A DNA stretch of 63,970 nucleotides, the filler included, from Octopus bimaculoides (Eukaryota): the NCBI RefSeq assembly GCF_001194135.2. It is 6 parts of 6 records of this genome, joined end to end, with 100 filler letters (N's around TTAATTAATTAA, not from the genome) between each part and the next. Parts side by side here need not be neighbours in the genome. Positions count along the whole stretch, not along the records: positions 1 to 28,057 come from NC_068986.1; 5 more parts are not named here. One strand, 5' to 3'. Below, piece by piece: positions 13,608-28,057 of this stretch. The notes under the pieces were generated by a model. That model saw only the letters and a list, made by a program, of their open reading frames with translations. It was not told the origin of the DNA and made no database searches. The translations under genes were made by a program, and so were the position numbers. Positions within the stretch are counted from its first letter, which is position 1, and each line of letters starts with the position of its first letter.

Positions 13608-13821
13608 ATCCTTTCTACTGAAGGCACAAGGCCTGAAATTTGGTGGGAGGAGACTAGTCGATTACATCGACCCTGCTGTTTCACTGGTACTTAATTTATC
13701 GACTGTGAAAGCACGAACGGCAAAGTCGACCTCGGCGGAATTTGAACTCAGAACGTAGCGACGGACGAAATACCGCTAAGCATTACGTCCAGCGTGCTAA
13801 CGACTCTGCCAGATCGCCACC
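13608..13821 (-). mobile_element. tRNA-derived SINE family A, near full length
   Basis: Core ggtacttaatttatcgac...ggcaaagtcgacctcggcggaatttgaactcagaac, repeated more than 10 times in the window; B-box-like gagttcaaatt on the minus strand. Confidence 0.9.
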
Positions 13822-13865
<44 letters not shown>

Positions 13866-13893
13866 GATAATGATAATGATAATGATAATGATA

Positions 13894-14064
13894 CCAGCCA
13901 CTGCGGGACGAGATAGGAAAGTAATGGTGATACCTGTGGTAATTGGAGCATTAGGAGCAGTTTCCAAGGGTTTTGAGAAACATATTAAGAATATTGGAGC
14001 TGCTGTCAGGCTCGAAGTGATCCAGAAGACAGCATTGTTGGGTGCAGCTCACATTCTAAGGAGA
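13894..14064 (+). mobile_element. C-terminal fragment of an R4/Dong-type (restriction-like endonuclease) non-LTR retrotransposon
   Basis: VIPVVIGALGAVSKGFEKHIKNIGAAVRLEVIQKTALLGAAHILRR matches the recalled R4/Dong C-terminus; flanked by TAA-type repeats. Confidence 0.75.
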
Positions 14065-14073
14065 ATAATAATA

Positions 14074-14279
14074 ATCCTTTCTATTAAAAACCCAAGGCCT
14101 GAAATTTGTGGGGAAGTGACTAGTCGATTACACCCACCCCAGTGTTTTACTGGTACTTAATTTATCGACCCCGAAAGGATGAAACGCAAAGTCGACCTCA
14201 ACGGAATTCGAACTTAGAACACTAAGACGGACGAAATGCTTAACAGCATTTCGTCCAGCGTGCTAACGATTCTGCCAGC
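14074..14279 (-). mobile_element. SINE family A
   Basis: Same core as the 13608 copy. Confidence 0.9.
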
Positions 14280-14490
14280 ATATATATGTGTGTGTGTGTG
14301 CACAAGCATATATATGTGTGTGTATGTATGTGTGCTGTGAGGTTTGTATGTATATGTGCACACGCACAATATATGTACATATATTAAATGATACAGCATA
14401 GAACGCTTGCATTCAGAACTCTGAGTTTCTCGACAGTGATTTATACTCGCCATCGTTCTTCAGTTGATGCAACCATGTTTAATATACACA

Positions 14491-14561
<71 letters not shown>

Positions 14562-14839
14562 GCGCCTCCCCCCACATCTATATATATATATTCAAAATAA
14601 GTAGCAGGATATCAAGATATCACAACCGTCAGATGTCATAATCGTCGGATATATTATGTTTAGAAATACATTAGATAATGTATTCGTATACTTCACTAAC
14701 ATAATGGTGAGGTCATGAGAGGAATGTCTTTCATCATGTCTACTCAATTAGAGCTGACCTGGAGGTAAACGATGACAATAACACCATGCTCCGTCATTTA
14801 CAATTTAAAGCTATCATCTCTATCGCCTGTATCAAGCAG

Positions 14840-15350
14840 ACTATAGGATGTTGTTATATACCACTTGTCACAATGCACTTCCAATTCATTCTTGATTGTG
14901 TCATTCGTTTCCATCTTGGACCAAATTGTTTTACTAAATCGTCTTCTCATCGCATCATAGATGCTTTCCGACTGTTTTTTTCCCCCAATCTCTTGGGTAA
15001 CACTCGGAAACTGCATGGGTCCACCCGTTATCGGAGTACCTTACGATATATCCGTCTCAACGGGATTTGTGCTTTCATTCATTTCTAGAACCACCTCATT
15101 TTGGATTTGTACTCGCAGTAATAGACCTCGCATGCATCTTTCCATGGCCCTTGTGTCGTAGCCAATCGATGTTCTTCTCTCTGTCGTAGTAGTAGACAAT
15201 CTTCTAATCTTCAATGTGTTAAGCTTCTCTACCCATAGTACACCGCTGCGATTAACACACCCTGTTTCTCTATTACTCTCATACTGTCCTGTTCAATATA
15301 GACCACAATAGACCGACAATACAGCCGCTGTATTCAGTAAACTCCTTATC
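14840..15350 (-). mobile_element. Degenerate RTE-clade LINE, 3' part
   Basis: Reverse reading contains RAMERCMRG...IQNEVV and YPRDWGK, typical of RTE C-termini; many stops. Confidence 0.6.
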
Positions 15351-15832
15351 TCAAAGTAGGTCCCTGTGTTCAGCATTCCATATTCCCTGTTCCCTCACAC
15401 ACAAACTGTATTTAAAATGCACTAGTTCATGGTCTGCAGCAAACCCTGGTTCCCTTCTCGCAATATAACACTCTTTTTCCCTGTGCAAGCAATCAATACT
15501 CTTTCCTGTGTGGACGGAACAGAGTGTACAAGTAAGAGTGAATAGAGAAGTGTGTGCTGCGTGCATGCGTACAAGTAAGATGTGGCAGTGTCCGTAAGTC
15601 TTTGTATCAGCCTTAGGATGTTTTATATAACTATGCATTCACACATACTCATATAACACACACACACACACACGCACACAGACACACATTGATACACACA
15701 CGCAAATACATACACATGTACAAATAAGATAATGGAATGGAAATAACATGGATATATATATATATATATATATATGCAAGTATATATTTATGTATGTATA
15801 TACGTATGTATATATATATATGTGTGCGATTG

Positions 15833-15866
<34 letters not shown>

Positions 15867-16910
15867 TACACATATATACGCATATGTATGTATGTAGCAG
15901 AGAAATGCGTTAGAAGATTTCATCCTCAGAATAATCATTGAAACGCAGATTCATATAGCTACCTCACTAGGCATAATATTAACCCTAACCACAAAAAAAA
16001 AAACGCAGGAATCCTATGGAAAACCTAATGAAAAAGCGCTGTCATATATACACATATATTCTAACCTCCCGCATCCAATAACAAAATTCCTGAGAAAAAT
16101 ATGCAGGATGAACCAACATTCGACCAAACTGCGCCATTTAATAATGAAACCTTAAAAACTAACAATAAATATCTAATCTTAAGCAAGCGAAAAGAAAGAT
16201 CTTCTGGTTCAATCCACTTTTAGCGAACGTGTAGCACGAACTATAGCGAAACATACATTACAGTTAATCATTAAACATGGGTACCATTTGGCTTTTTAGT
16301 TGAAACAATCTTAAAGTTATTTATAGCTACACGTAGAAGTAAACTAATGTTATTCGGTACAATACTGACAAATGGCTAACCACCCACAACGCTCAGTCAA
16401 GAACTAATGCAACCAAAACCGTTTACGAATATGACAGTTAAGATGTAATTATTGAAAAACTATTCATTTACGAGACAACAGTACTGTAAGAAGTATGTAC
16501 TGATGAAAATTACATCGATAAATAAAGGGGAACCTTAAAAAATATATATACGCAGTATAGTTACTCTTACTTCTGCGCTAATAGGAAGAATGCAACGACT
16601 TTATCGCATCAAATCTGGAGCATACAAAAGAAAATGTTTAATATAAGCTGGACAATAATAGCGTTCCACATCCTATATATACATTTACTGGCTAGAAGAA
16701 ATGAGATTGTAATCCAGTGCAGACATGAAAATCAATTGCAGTTGTAAATAAAAAGGACACTTACGATGACTAGACAACGGCAGGTCGACAGAAGTAAAAA
16801 ACCAGCAGCTAAACAATAGGCCAGATCCAGACACGAAAACGAAACAACCAACGAAACATGACGTATATACGCCTTATCATGTGTATGTGTGTATGTGAGT
16901 GCGTGCGTGT

Positions 16911-16946
<36 letters not shown>

Positions 16947-17637
16947 AAATAATAAATGAGTATATGCATATATACGTACAGGTATGTGCATACCTGCATC
17001 TACCTGTATATATAGGTGCATATCTGGGTACAGGACATTGCAAACAAAACGTATACAAGAAAACAATAATAACCAGAGTACAGAAAACACACAAGCCACA
17101 TAGAGAACATTCTCCTTCATCAGCTACCCCCGTTTTAACACCGGCGTTTCGAAGAGGTGGGTAGGACGCATCGTTAAAACGGCTCTTCCCATGGACCGCA
17201 AATATATATATATGTATATGTGTATGTGTGTGTGCGTGTGTTTAGATTTGTGTCTACATATGTAGGTATACGTACCTACCAACACGATCTCACAAATACC
17301 ATACATATACACGCATATATATGCATACATGCCTACATATATACTCAAAGTAGCATCGCCACTGCGTCTCAGTGGTCAGGTGCAAGTGAAAGAGTCTAGG
17401 TGAGTGCCTTAATGTTAACCAAAGGGACTCAAGCGATCAACTTGATCTGCTTCCCTGCTTACTAAGAGACCGACGTATGAGTCACGTGGTCTGCTTTTCG
17501 CAACAGCTGAAAATATATTTCCCAGACATATAATCATAAAATTGGGTTACAATTTTGATGAGAAGCAGTGTGTGCGACGCTAACATATGTGTGTATGTAT
17601 ATATGTACATATTTATGTGTATGTGTGTATACATATA

Positions 17638-17675
<38 letters not shown>

Positions 17676-18718
17676 TGTATATGTTTATATACATATGTAT
17701 ATATGTATATATGCATATATATATACATACATACATATATATATATATATACTTTATACTTTATTTAAAAGCAGCAGAAATATAACAAAAGACTGTTACT
17801 CGGAGTTTCACGTTCCCGTTCATCGGATAGTTTTGTTAGAAATGGGAAAGGAATGACAATGCAATCAAAACTAATATAAAATTTGAAACACATAGATCTG
17901 TTTCATTGGTCGTTTCATTGTGTTTCAAATTTTATATTAGTTTTGNNNNNNNNNNNNNNNNNNNNNNNNNNNNNNNNNNNNNNNNNNNNNNNNNNNNNNN
18001 NNNNNNNNNNNNNNNNNNNNNNNNNNNNNNNNNNNNNNNNNNNNNNNNNNNNNNNNNNNNNNNNNNNNNNNNNNNNNNNNNNNNNNNNNNNNNNNNNNNN
18101 NNNNNNNNNNNNNNNNNNNNNNNNNNNNNNNNNNNNNNNNNNNNNNNNNNNNNNNNNNNNNNNNNNNNNNNNNNNNNNNNNNNNNNNNNNNNNNNNNNNN
18201 NNNNNNNNNNNNNNNNNNNNNNNNNNNNNNNNNNNNNNNNNNNNNNNNNNNNNNNNNNNNNNNNNNNNNNNNNNNNNNNNNNNNNNNNNNNNNNNNNNNN
18301 NNNNNNNNNNNNNNNNNNNNNNNNNNNNNNNNNNNNNNNNNNNNNNNNNNNNNNNNNNNNNNNNNNNNNNNNNNNNNNNNNNNNNNNNNNNNNNNNNNNN
18401 NNNNNNNNNNNNNNNNNNNNNNNNNNNNNNNNNNNNNNNNNNNNNNNNNNNNNNNNNNNNNNNNNNNNNNNNNNNNNNNNNNNNNNNNNNNNNNNNNNNN
18501 NNNNNNNNNNNNNNNNNNNNNNNNNNNNNNNNNNNNNNNNNNNNNNNNNNNNNNNNNNNNNNNNNNNNNNNNNNNNNNNNNNNNNNNNNNNNNNNNNNNN
18601 NNNNNNNNNNNNNNNNNNNNNNNNNNNNNNNNNNNNNNNNNNNNNNNNNNNNNNNNNNNNNNNNNNNNNNNNNNNNNNNNNNNNNNNNNNNNNNNNNNNN
18701 NNNNNNNNNNNNNNNNNN

Positions 18719-18760
<42 letters not shown>

Positions 18761-18898
18761 TATATATATATATGCATATAGATATATGCATGCATATGTG
18801 TGTGTGTGTGTGTGCATATATACATGTATTAATACAGTTATTTCACCGATTTACCGGTTCTTTGATTCCAAAGCTTTGACAGATAAACCGTTTTGTGA

Positions 18899-18951
<53 letters not shown>

Positions 18952-19181
18952 CACGCATATATCCATATACAATAATATATATATAAATTTACAATTATAT
19001 TAATATATATATACATATACAATTATATATATATGTGTGTATATGTATGCCTGTGTGTGTATAGGTATGAACGTATGTTTATGTATGTCTATATATATAT
19101 ATCTATGTCTGTCTCTGTGTGTCTTTATGTCTATGTACGTGTATGTATGTATATTCTTTGCGTTGTTGTTGTTGTTTTCAG

Positions 19182-19211
19182 TGGGTCAAACCCCAACTCT
19201 AGATGGCACAG
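19182..19211 (+). CDS. Candidate 30-nt microexon (GQTPTLDGT), possibly of the SMOC-like gene
   Basis: gttttcag|...cacag|gtaagc; phase 1-1, matching the phase at 12708; no homology support. Confidence 0.4.
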
Positions 19212-20245
19212 GTAAGCTTCCATTTACATGTATGCAATGCTTTTTAATATTGTTGTTGTTCTTGTTCTCTTCTTCTTCTTGCTATTGTTCACGACATTTG
19301 AAATAATCGTCATCCTCATTATTAAAACTATTTATCGTCATCATCATCATCGTCATCATCACCATCATCACCATAATCATCATCACCACCACCATCGTCA
19401 TCATCATCATCATCACCACTATCATCATCATCACCACCACCATCATCAAAATCATCCCCACAATCAACATCATCNNNNNNNNNNNNNNNNNNNNNNNNNN
19501 NNNNNNNNNNNNNNNNNNNNNNNNNNNNNNNNNNNNNNNNNNNNNNNNNNNNNNNNNNNNNNNNNNNNNNNNNNNNNNNNNNNNNNNNNNNNNNNNNNNN
19601 NNNNNNNNNNNNNNNNNNNNNNNNNNNNNNNNNNNNNNNNNNNNNNNNNNNNNNNNNNNNNNNNNNNNNNNNNNNNNNNNNNNNNNNNNNNNNNNNNNNN
19701 NNNNNNNNNNNNNNNNNNNNNNNNNNNNNNNNNNNNNNNNNNNNNNNNNNNNNNNNNNNNNNNNNNNNNNNNNNNNNNNNNNNNNNNNNNNNNNNNNNNN
19801 NNNNNNNNNNNNNNNNNNNNNNNNNNNNNNNNNNNNNNNNNNNNNNNNNNNNNNNNNNNNNNNNNNNNNNNNNNNNNNNNNNNNNNNNNNNNNNNNNNNN
19901 NNNNNNNNNNNNNNNNNNNNNNNNNNNNNNNNNNNNNNNNNNNNNNNNNNNNNNNNNNNNNNNNNNNNNNNNNNNNNNNNNNNNNNNNNNNNNNNNNNNN
20001 NNNNNNNNNNNNNNNNNNNNNNNNNNNNNNNNNNNNNNNNNNNNNNNNNNNNNNNNNNNNNNNNNNNNNNNNNNNNNNNNNNNNNNNNNNNNNNNNNNNN
20101 NNNNNNNNNNNNNNNNNNNNAATAATTACAAGATATATTCATTATCATTATAAACGTTTGCCATGATTATTACTGTCTTTCAATATCATATCATACATCA
20201 TTATTACTTTTATTACCATTATTATTATTATTATCATTATTATTA

Positions 20246-20283
<38 letters not shown>

Positions 20284-20691
20284 CATTTATTGCTAATTTC
20301 TGCTATTGTTGGTGTTGTTGTTGTTGTTATTGTTGTTAGTATTAATACTGGTGGTGGTGGTGGTGGCGGCGGAAGTGGCAGTGGAGGTGGTAGTAGTGGT
20401 GGTGGTAAGGTAGTGATTTGGTGGTGGTGGTCATGATTGTGGCGGTGTTGTCGGTGGTGGTGGTGGTTGTGATGGGGAAATTTCTTTTTTTTTTTAATTT
20501 CCCATAGATTCTCACTAATAAATCAACTATACCAATTACAGAAATATGCAATAGAAATACATACATACATATGTAAACAAACACACACACACACACATAT
20601 ATATATACATACAATACACACACACACACACACATATATCCATAAATACCTACATATATATATATATATAAATGTGTGTGTGTATGTATGA

Positions 20692-20728
<37 letters not shown>

Positions 20729-22225
20729 GATTGATTGGGGAGCCTTTAACTCTACACAGGCAGAAAAAAACACTCAGTATTTACACGTAAGTAGTGAGCA
20801 TTGACTTTTTGTTTACAAGTTGAAGTCTCTTGGAACTACTTTAAGTTTCAAGTTTCCGATTGTCCAAACTTTCGATGAAGAATAGGAGTCTGACGATATA
20901 TGAGAAAAAGGGAAAAAAACGTTCGAAAACACATGGATAGAAGTTTTGTTAAAGGATTACTGTTTATACGAATCTACGAATATTCATTTTAATCTCTATA
21001 AATTTCCCGTAACGAAACCTCTCTTATCTAACGCAAATTAGACTACATTAATATAGATTTTAATCACCCCCTCATTAATCCTAAAGATTATTTGTGATAT
21101 CTATAAACACATATCGAAAAATTCATGATTCCAGCCATCCTCCATTAAGCTGGTAATGGCATAACCATGAGCTCGTATGATTTGAGTATAATTCAAGCGT
21201 GACACCAAGGAAGTTTACTGTTGTGATGTTTGCTTCGACGATCACACATAGGCCAAATGTGCTTAATGTTGTAATTATTTGTTTGATGAATGTGTCAGCT
21301 GTTTGTACTGCTTGAAATCATCTTCCCATCATGAGTTACATACTTCTGCAACAAGAGTTGATTGCCTAAACCATGTCATTGGCTGCCATTGTTGTTATTT
21401 GGCCTCAGTTCAGCTCTCTTTCAGAAGACTTATGATTAAAGAAATCTCAGATTCCAGTCATGTTCGTCTCATCTTTTTTCAGGCATAAACATTTAGGACC
21501 ATATGCAATCTGTTCTTCTATATTTTTAGACACACACACACACAATCAATAAAATCATATGATTGGCTCCTACTTCTAGCATGTAACACAGCCACACACA
21601 AACTCCCTTCTTGTCTTCGTTGTGGTCGTGTTGCCAATATTTTCGTCTTTGATTGGTCCCGGTGTCAAAAAGTTAAGATATAATTAAAGAAAATATAGTC
21701 GTTCTTGCGCCGTAGTTCTTGCCCATCTCAGCACTCATTTACAAGATATATGATTAAAGGCTTTCTAGCCATGATCATCCCGTTTTTTGCTGCTGTTGTT
21801 GCTGTTTTTAGGCTTAGTATACATCGGAGTATTTTATCTAACACGTCCTGCTGTTTTTAAAGATGACAAGATGTGGTTTAATACTACTTCTTAACAGGTC
21901 GATTGACCACGTTGAAAATCCATCTTATATTGTTGCAATTGTTGTTGCTATTGTTATTATGTTGTGGTTAGTAGAAGTACTTAAGTTGTTTTACTTTTTA
22001 TTGTGTCTTTTCATTTCTCTGCTGTGTTGAGCTCTCAGTGCCTTGCGTACATACTGTTTTGGTGTCTTCCTTTTTGTACGTGCGCTTTTTATTGTTTTGT
22101 CAAAAGCTTCCAATGCAAAATATCACCTGGAAATCGACCCATGAAAGGATGAACCACTGGCATTCTTTCAATGCCACAGTTGAAACCGTGATGGGGAATA
22201 AATGCGAAATGTCATTTGTAAATCT

Positions 22226-22461
22226 TTTCTTATTTCTTTACTGCCCACAAGGGGCTACACACAGAGGGGACAAACAAGGACAGACAAACGGATTAAGTCG
22301 ATTATATCGACCCCAGTGCGTAAGTGGTACTTAATTTATCGACCCCGAAAGGATGAAAGGCAAAGTCGACCTCGGCGTAATTTGAACTCAGAATGTAGCG
22401 GCAGACGAAATACCGCTAAGCATTTCGCCCGACGTGCTAACGTTTCTGCCAGCTCGCCGTC
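22226..22461 (-). mobile_element. SINE family A, near full length
   Basis: Core motif as above. Confidence 0.9.
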
Positions 22462-22525
22462 GTTTGTAAATCTTTTCTGCGGATCGAATGCATAATAAGA
22501 ATAAGTTTCTGTTCTNNNNNNNNNN

Positions 22526-22577
<52 letters not shown>

Positions 22578-22738
22578 ACGCACAATACTTAAAGTGTCAG
22601 TTATATGCATTTTTACAATCAAAATTGTTACATACATCAAAATAATTATGATACTATATTTTAAACAAATAATACACGTGGAATTGCTCTTCTGATCGTC
22701 AAATCTCTATTCGATAAAATCAATGTAATAAAAACAAA

Positions 22739-22800
<62 letters not shown>

Positions 22801-23074
22801 ATATTGTTGAAGAAATGAAGAAAACAGCAAATTGGATGGTGGGGGAGGAAGCGTGGAAGAGAAGAAAAGCAAAGAAGCGGATATTTAATAGAAATATTTT
22901 ATAAATCAAAGCAACATGCAAAAAGACTCCAGATATTCCCATTCTTAAAGACGAGCGCCGAGGATTTTAAAATCTGGTCAGAAACTGATTTTAATCGACG
23001 CAGTGGAATGGTATCAGTGAGACCAGGTCACTGGAATTCAACGATGATTTCTGATATCTTTTTATCTTTTATTT

Positions 23075-23420
23075 GTTTCAGTTATTTGACTACGGCCATG
23101 CTGGGGCACCGGCTCAAATGGTTTTAGTCGAACAAATCTACCCTAGCCCTTATTTTTTTGTAAGCCTAGTACTTATTCTATCGGTCTGTTTTGCCGAACT
23201 TATAAGTTACGGGAACGTAAACACACCAGCACCAGCTGTCAAGCGGTAATGGAGGGGATAACTGCAGACACGCGCACGACAGGCTACTTTCAGTTTCCAT
23301 CTACCGAATCCACTCAAGTCTTTGGTCGGCCCGAGGCTGTAGTAGAAGACACTTGCCCAAGGTGCCATGCAGTGGGACTGAATCCGGAACCATGTGATTG
23401 GGAAGCAAGCTTCTTAACAC
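23075..23420 (-). mobile_element. SINE family B (head plus tail module)
   Basis: Reverse complement of ggttccggattcagtcccactgcatggcaccttgggcaagtgtcttctactacagcctcggg... Confidence 0.85.
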
Positions 23421-24189
23421 ACAGCCAGTATTTGATAATGAAAGAAACTGAGCGAAAATGTTTTTGTGTTCTTTTATAAATAGAAAATTCAGTCAGTTCC
23501 TGCTACTCGTAGTTTCAAAATCCTTCATGGTAATTGAATCCAAACGCATATACAGTATATGTAACGAATTCTTTGAAAAATTATATATAAGTATGAATTT
23601 TTTACAACTCCTGCGTTAGAGATAAAACTTAATGTTTACATTTACACAACCTGTCGGCCGTTATTAGGTGTATAAATATATTGACGCTTTTACCAACCCA
23701 GACACGAAATACCTGCAATATCGATAAACGTATTATTATCTATATTTTAGAAATAAAAAATGTTCCTTGTTGAAATGATGTCTTACTGAGTAAACATTTA
23801 TGCGAAATAAATCTGATGACAATCGACATCAATTAAAAGAAACTGTTTCATCTCTAAAGATGAAGATAATTATCTAATTAAAAACATAATTCTCTAGACA
23901 AACACTCATCTCAGATATTTGAATATATAATCACGATTCTTTCTACCACGTGTTTCTTTGTTATTGTAGAGTGCCAAAACCTATCCGGTGTAGGTCACCT
24001 TCGGAATGTCTTTCATTTTTAATTCCACTGAATCTGTTGAAAAAATCAATTTCTTTCGCGCTTTTATAGGAAATCCATTTTTCTTTTTTGCTTCATTTCC
24101 ATTCAGGTCTCTTCCTTCTGTTTTGCCTCCTTTTGTTTTTCTTAGTCACATCCAAATTTAAGCATATTTCAATATATCAAAAAACTACG

Positions 24190-24337
24190 TTCTCTGTTCA
24201 AATTCCGCCGAAGTCGACTTTGCCTTTTATCCATTTGGGGTCGATAAATTAAGCACCAGTTGCGTACTGGTGTCGATCTAATCGGCTGGTCCCCTCCCCC
24301 CAAATTTCGGGCCTTGTGCTTAGAGTAGAGAAGAATA
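24190..24337 (+). mobile_element. SINE family A, 5'-truncated
   Basis: gttcaaattccgccgaagtcgactttgcc...gggccttgtgcttagagtag. Confidence 0.85.
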
Positions 24338-24373
24338 TATAAAATAACTACTCTGTATTTTGGTCAGGAGCAT

Positions 24374-24418
<45 letters not shown>

Positions 24419-24428
24419 NNNNNNNNNN

Positions 24429-24470
<42 letters not shown>

Positions 24471-26199
24471 TTACTTTGTGTTGGTGGTTCTATACAGTCG
24501 CTAGTTTTGAAGTTTGAACTTGTGCGTCTGTTTTTTTTTGTTTTTGTTTTTGTTACTTTCAGATTGAACCCCTTTTTGCTTTCTTTCTGTATCTGTTTTG
24601 TATATTTATTTTATATATTACCATTAATAATTGTAATTTTCCTTTTTCTTGTTTTACTAGTCTTTTTTTTTTTTCGTGTGATCTGGTTTTAAACGTTTTG
24701 GTGTGTCGTCCGCTGTGTACTTATGCTTTGCCTGTCTCAAATATGCTTTTAATATCTTACAAGTTTATTACTATTAGATCTTTGCTAGTTTGATGGATTT
24801 AACCGTTATGGGGGTGGAATATATATTTAATATGTGTGTATACATACACACTCACAGTTATATGTGCCTGAGAGAGAGAGAGGGGGGCTGAAAGGAGGAA
24901 AGGGATTGTGTGAAAAAAATTGTTCTAAGGCGATGTGAAAACATATGTACCCTAAATATTTTTACCAACACTCTGACCTGTTTCTCCTATGAGAGCTGTG
25001 AAAAGTTAACGCATGATCCTTCTTGGTTCATATTACTGTATACTCTATGTGGTAGTTCGTTATCGATATATTGGTTTGTGAAAACAAATCGAAGACCTTA
25101 TTACAGGTGAACTGATCAAAATAGTAGAACTTACAGCTGATCGATTGGATGTTTCAATCTGTTTTTGTTTTCACACAATTTTTGTATTGAAAATAGTTTT
25201 TCTGAGGATTTTCTGGAATGTTAGTTATTTCACCTCTCCGCGTGGTGTCTACAAATCGTATCAAAATTTAAAGATCTAATTCTATGTAACGACTTAGGCC
25301 ATTTTATTATTTTCTCAAACCACATCACTTCAAAATTTGTTGCCATGAAGACGCCATATTCCATATGTATACTTTTTAAAATTCGTATTTTCCAGTGTAT
25401 GCCATTGTTTCCTCCCTTCGTGAGATTAAACCCATTTGTGATATATTCATCATTTCTCTTATGAGATTTGCCATTAAGATATTTGACATATCAGTGTCCA
25501 ACAAAACAGTCTTTACTGATTAATTGTTGGAGTTCACCATAGACTTTCAGTGAAGTGATTACAGTATGCATGATTTGGATTATTTATCCTGATATGTTCT
25601 CTACACATACTGAAGGTGTCTAGAGGTGTAAGCAACTGATCTCTATAACACAGTGAACAGAATTAGCCATGTATTGTATTGTAGGGATAGTATGGCTTGC
25701 TAAGGAATAAATCCATAGATATTAACCGTCGCAACATGTTTAAACAAATTACAATTAAAAAAAAGATAGATTAGACAGTCTTAATGGCAATTGTGATTTA
25801 AAGACAAGGTGAGCAGTTGATGATGAGAATATGAACAAATCTGAAACTATAGTCATGTGTATTTTCTGCATATTACTGTATCGTGTAATATTACACACTT
25901 ATAAAGGAATATATAAAGCCATACACCACATACAGAAAAAGACTGCCACTTGAGAAAAATCCCGGAGTTACCGCCAATGGGAGTTTCTGTGCCGTATACA
26001 TGACTCCATCATATTTAAAGATGTCAACGTATAAATGGTTCTTTGTGTATAATTTGGAAAGTTTTACATGTGATAGAATGCAATGATAGAAGATGAGCAA
26101 CCCTACCTCTAAGCTTAATATATAGATATAAATACACACGCGTGTGTGCATAAGACGCACACTCATAGACATACATGCATACACATGCATACTTATTTT

Positions 26200-26327
26200 A
26201 TTGGCTCACGAAAGGATGAAAGGCAAAGTCGACCTCGTCGGAATTTGAACTCAGAACGTAAAGACAGACAAAATATTGTTAAGCATTTTGCGCAGCGTGC
26301 TAACGATTCTGCCAACTTGCCGCCTCG
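26200..26327 (-). mobile_element. SINE family A, partial
   Basis: aaggatgaaaggcaaagtcgacctcgtcggaatttgaactcagaac. Confidence 0.85.
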
Positions 26328-26454
26328 TGCATCAAGAAGAATCATAAATATACTATGAAGGACTTCACAAACATTCAAAATCCAAATTCTATGAGAAAAG
26401 GAAAAAATTATCTACAATGTGTGCGTGTGTGTGTGTGGACATAAATATACATAC

Positions 26455-26825
26455 GATGTATTAGGTGCATAGTTAAGAAACTCGCTTTGCATCCACGTGG
26501 TTTTCAGTTCAGTCCTAATGCGCTGCTCTTTCAGCCAATGACTATTACCCGTTCCGACTAATACCGTGTGAGTGAATTCTGTAGACGGAACCTGTGTGTA
26601 AGTCCGTCATCAGTGTACGTGTGTTTCCCTCGTCACCCCTTGACAGCCAGTGTTGGTTCCTTTACATTCTGTAATTAAGTGGCTCAATGATATAAAAAAA
26701 AAAGACCTCATAGAATATCTGCCAGATTTTAAAATATGGCCAGGGATTGTGCTGTTCGATTAAAACCATTCAAGGGCGGAGCCCCCAGCATGGCGGCAGT
26801 CTGATGGTGGAAACAAGTAAAACAT
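26455..26825 (+). mobile_element. SINE family B, degenerate
   Basis: Head ggttttcagttcagtcc; tail ccccagcatggcggcagtc. Confidence 0.65.
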
Positions 26826-26887
26826 AATAGAAATGAGCAGCCAACAATAGAGTAAATCCACGGGTAAAACATGAAAGAATTACTACA

Positions 26888-26920
26888 TCATTCAGTTGAC
26901 ATGCTTCGATTTAAAAGCGC
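26888..26920 (-). CDS. Possible terminal coding exon of TTPAL (ALLNRSMSTE* if phase 0)
   Basis: Strong acceptor actctttttttcag|; phase and identity unconfirmed. Confidence 0.25.
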   Translation of the reverse strand, partial: ALLNRSMSTE

Positions 26921-27221
26921 CTGAAAAAAAGAGTATAAAAATTAAACAGAAAATGTATTAAAAAAGATACAGATAAGATAAGACAACTCTGCGAGGAATA
27001 TAAAAAGTTGCCAAATGCATAGACTTTGCTATAAGGAACTAAACGAATAGTGAACAGTGCTTTAGTAAAAATGACCTGTCCACTATATGTGTGTGTGTGT
27101 GTGTGTATATATATATCTATATATTAATAATAATAATAATATGGCAACAAAAGAATGAATGAGACCTCGATATTATGTAAATAGAAGAATTTATCTATAA
27201 ATATAATATGTGACAGTTGTT

Positions 27222-27345
27222 TGTAAAATGAAGTGTTTTGCTCAAGAACACAACGTGCCGACCGATCAGGGAACCGAAACCACGATCTATCGGTCGTGTG
27301 TGCAGCAGCCTAACCACTAAGCCACGCGCCTTCATGCACACGCAC
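27222..27345 (-). mobile_element. tRNA-derived SINE family D, head
   Basis: rc gcgtggcttagtggttagg...ggtttcggttcc...tgttcttgagcaaaacacttc; related copy at 62262-62365. Confidence 0.75.
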
Positions 27346-27374
27346 ACAGGTCTGTGTGTATGTATATACATACA

Positions 27375-27425
<51 letters not shown>

Positions 27426-27889
27426 ATATTGATACATGCACAACATATCTATCTTTTATCTTCTAGTTGTTTCAATCATTGAACAGTACCAGTCCTGGGG
27501 TACCGGCTTGATATACGCATAATATACATATAAAATGTACCCGCATATATATATATATCTAAATGAAAAAATCGTGGATTAAGTGGTATGATTTGTAAAT
27601 ATGATATTCTTTTGTTTGAACAACAATAGCAACAACGGCAGCAGTATCAAGAACAACAACAATATCGATCTAATAAATTAACTTCAGACAAATTATGCAT
27701 GCCGCCCATCTAATCAATTAATGAATTGTTTGTTTTTCGTTCTATTTAGATGTTTGTTTGCTTGCTTATCATTTTATATACGGCTGGGCATGTATATAAA
27801 TATGCATAAATATATATATATATATATACGCATTTGTATATGTATTTGTATATATAAGCATATATATATGTGTGTGTATAAGTAAGTAA

Positions 27890-27929
<40 letters not shown>

Positions 27930-28057
27930 GTATAGAACTACGCTCTCTCTATATATGCACATTTATATATGTAAATGTATGCATGTATATATTCATTCAG
28001 GTCTGTCTGTGTTAATATGTATATATATGCATGCATGTATGTATGTATATATATATA

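Noticed and set aside
17482-20166. Long ORFs rich in YI/HT/CV/poly-H
   Set aside because: Translations of (TA)n, (CA)n, (CAT)n and N runs; the same applies throughout the ORF track
25891-26190. Minus-strand ORF as the missing TTPAL exon
   Set aside because: Lacks the FP.R..G.H..N.P and LP.EYGG motifs and has no good splice sites
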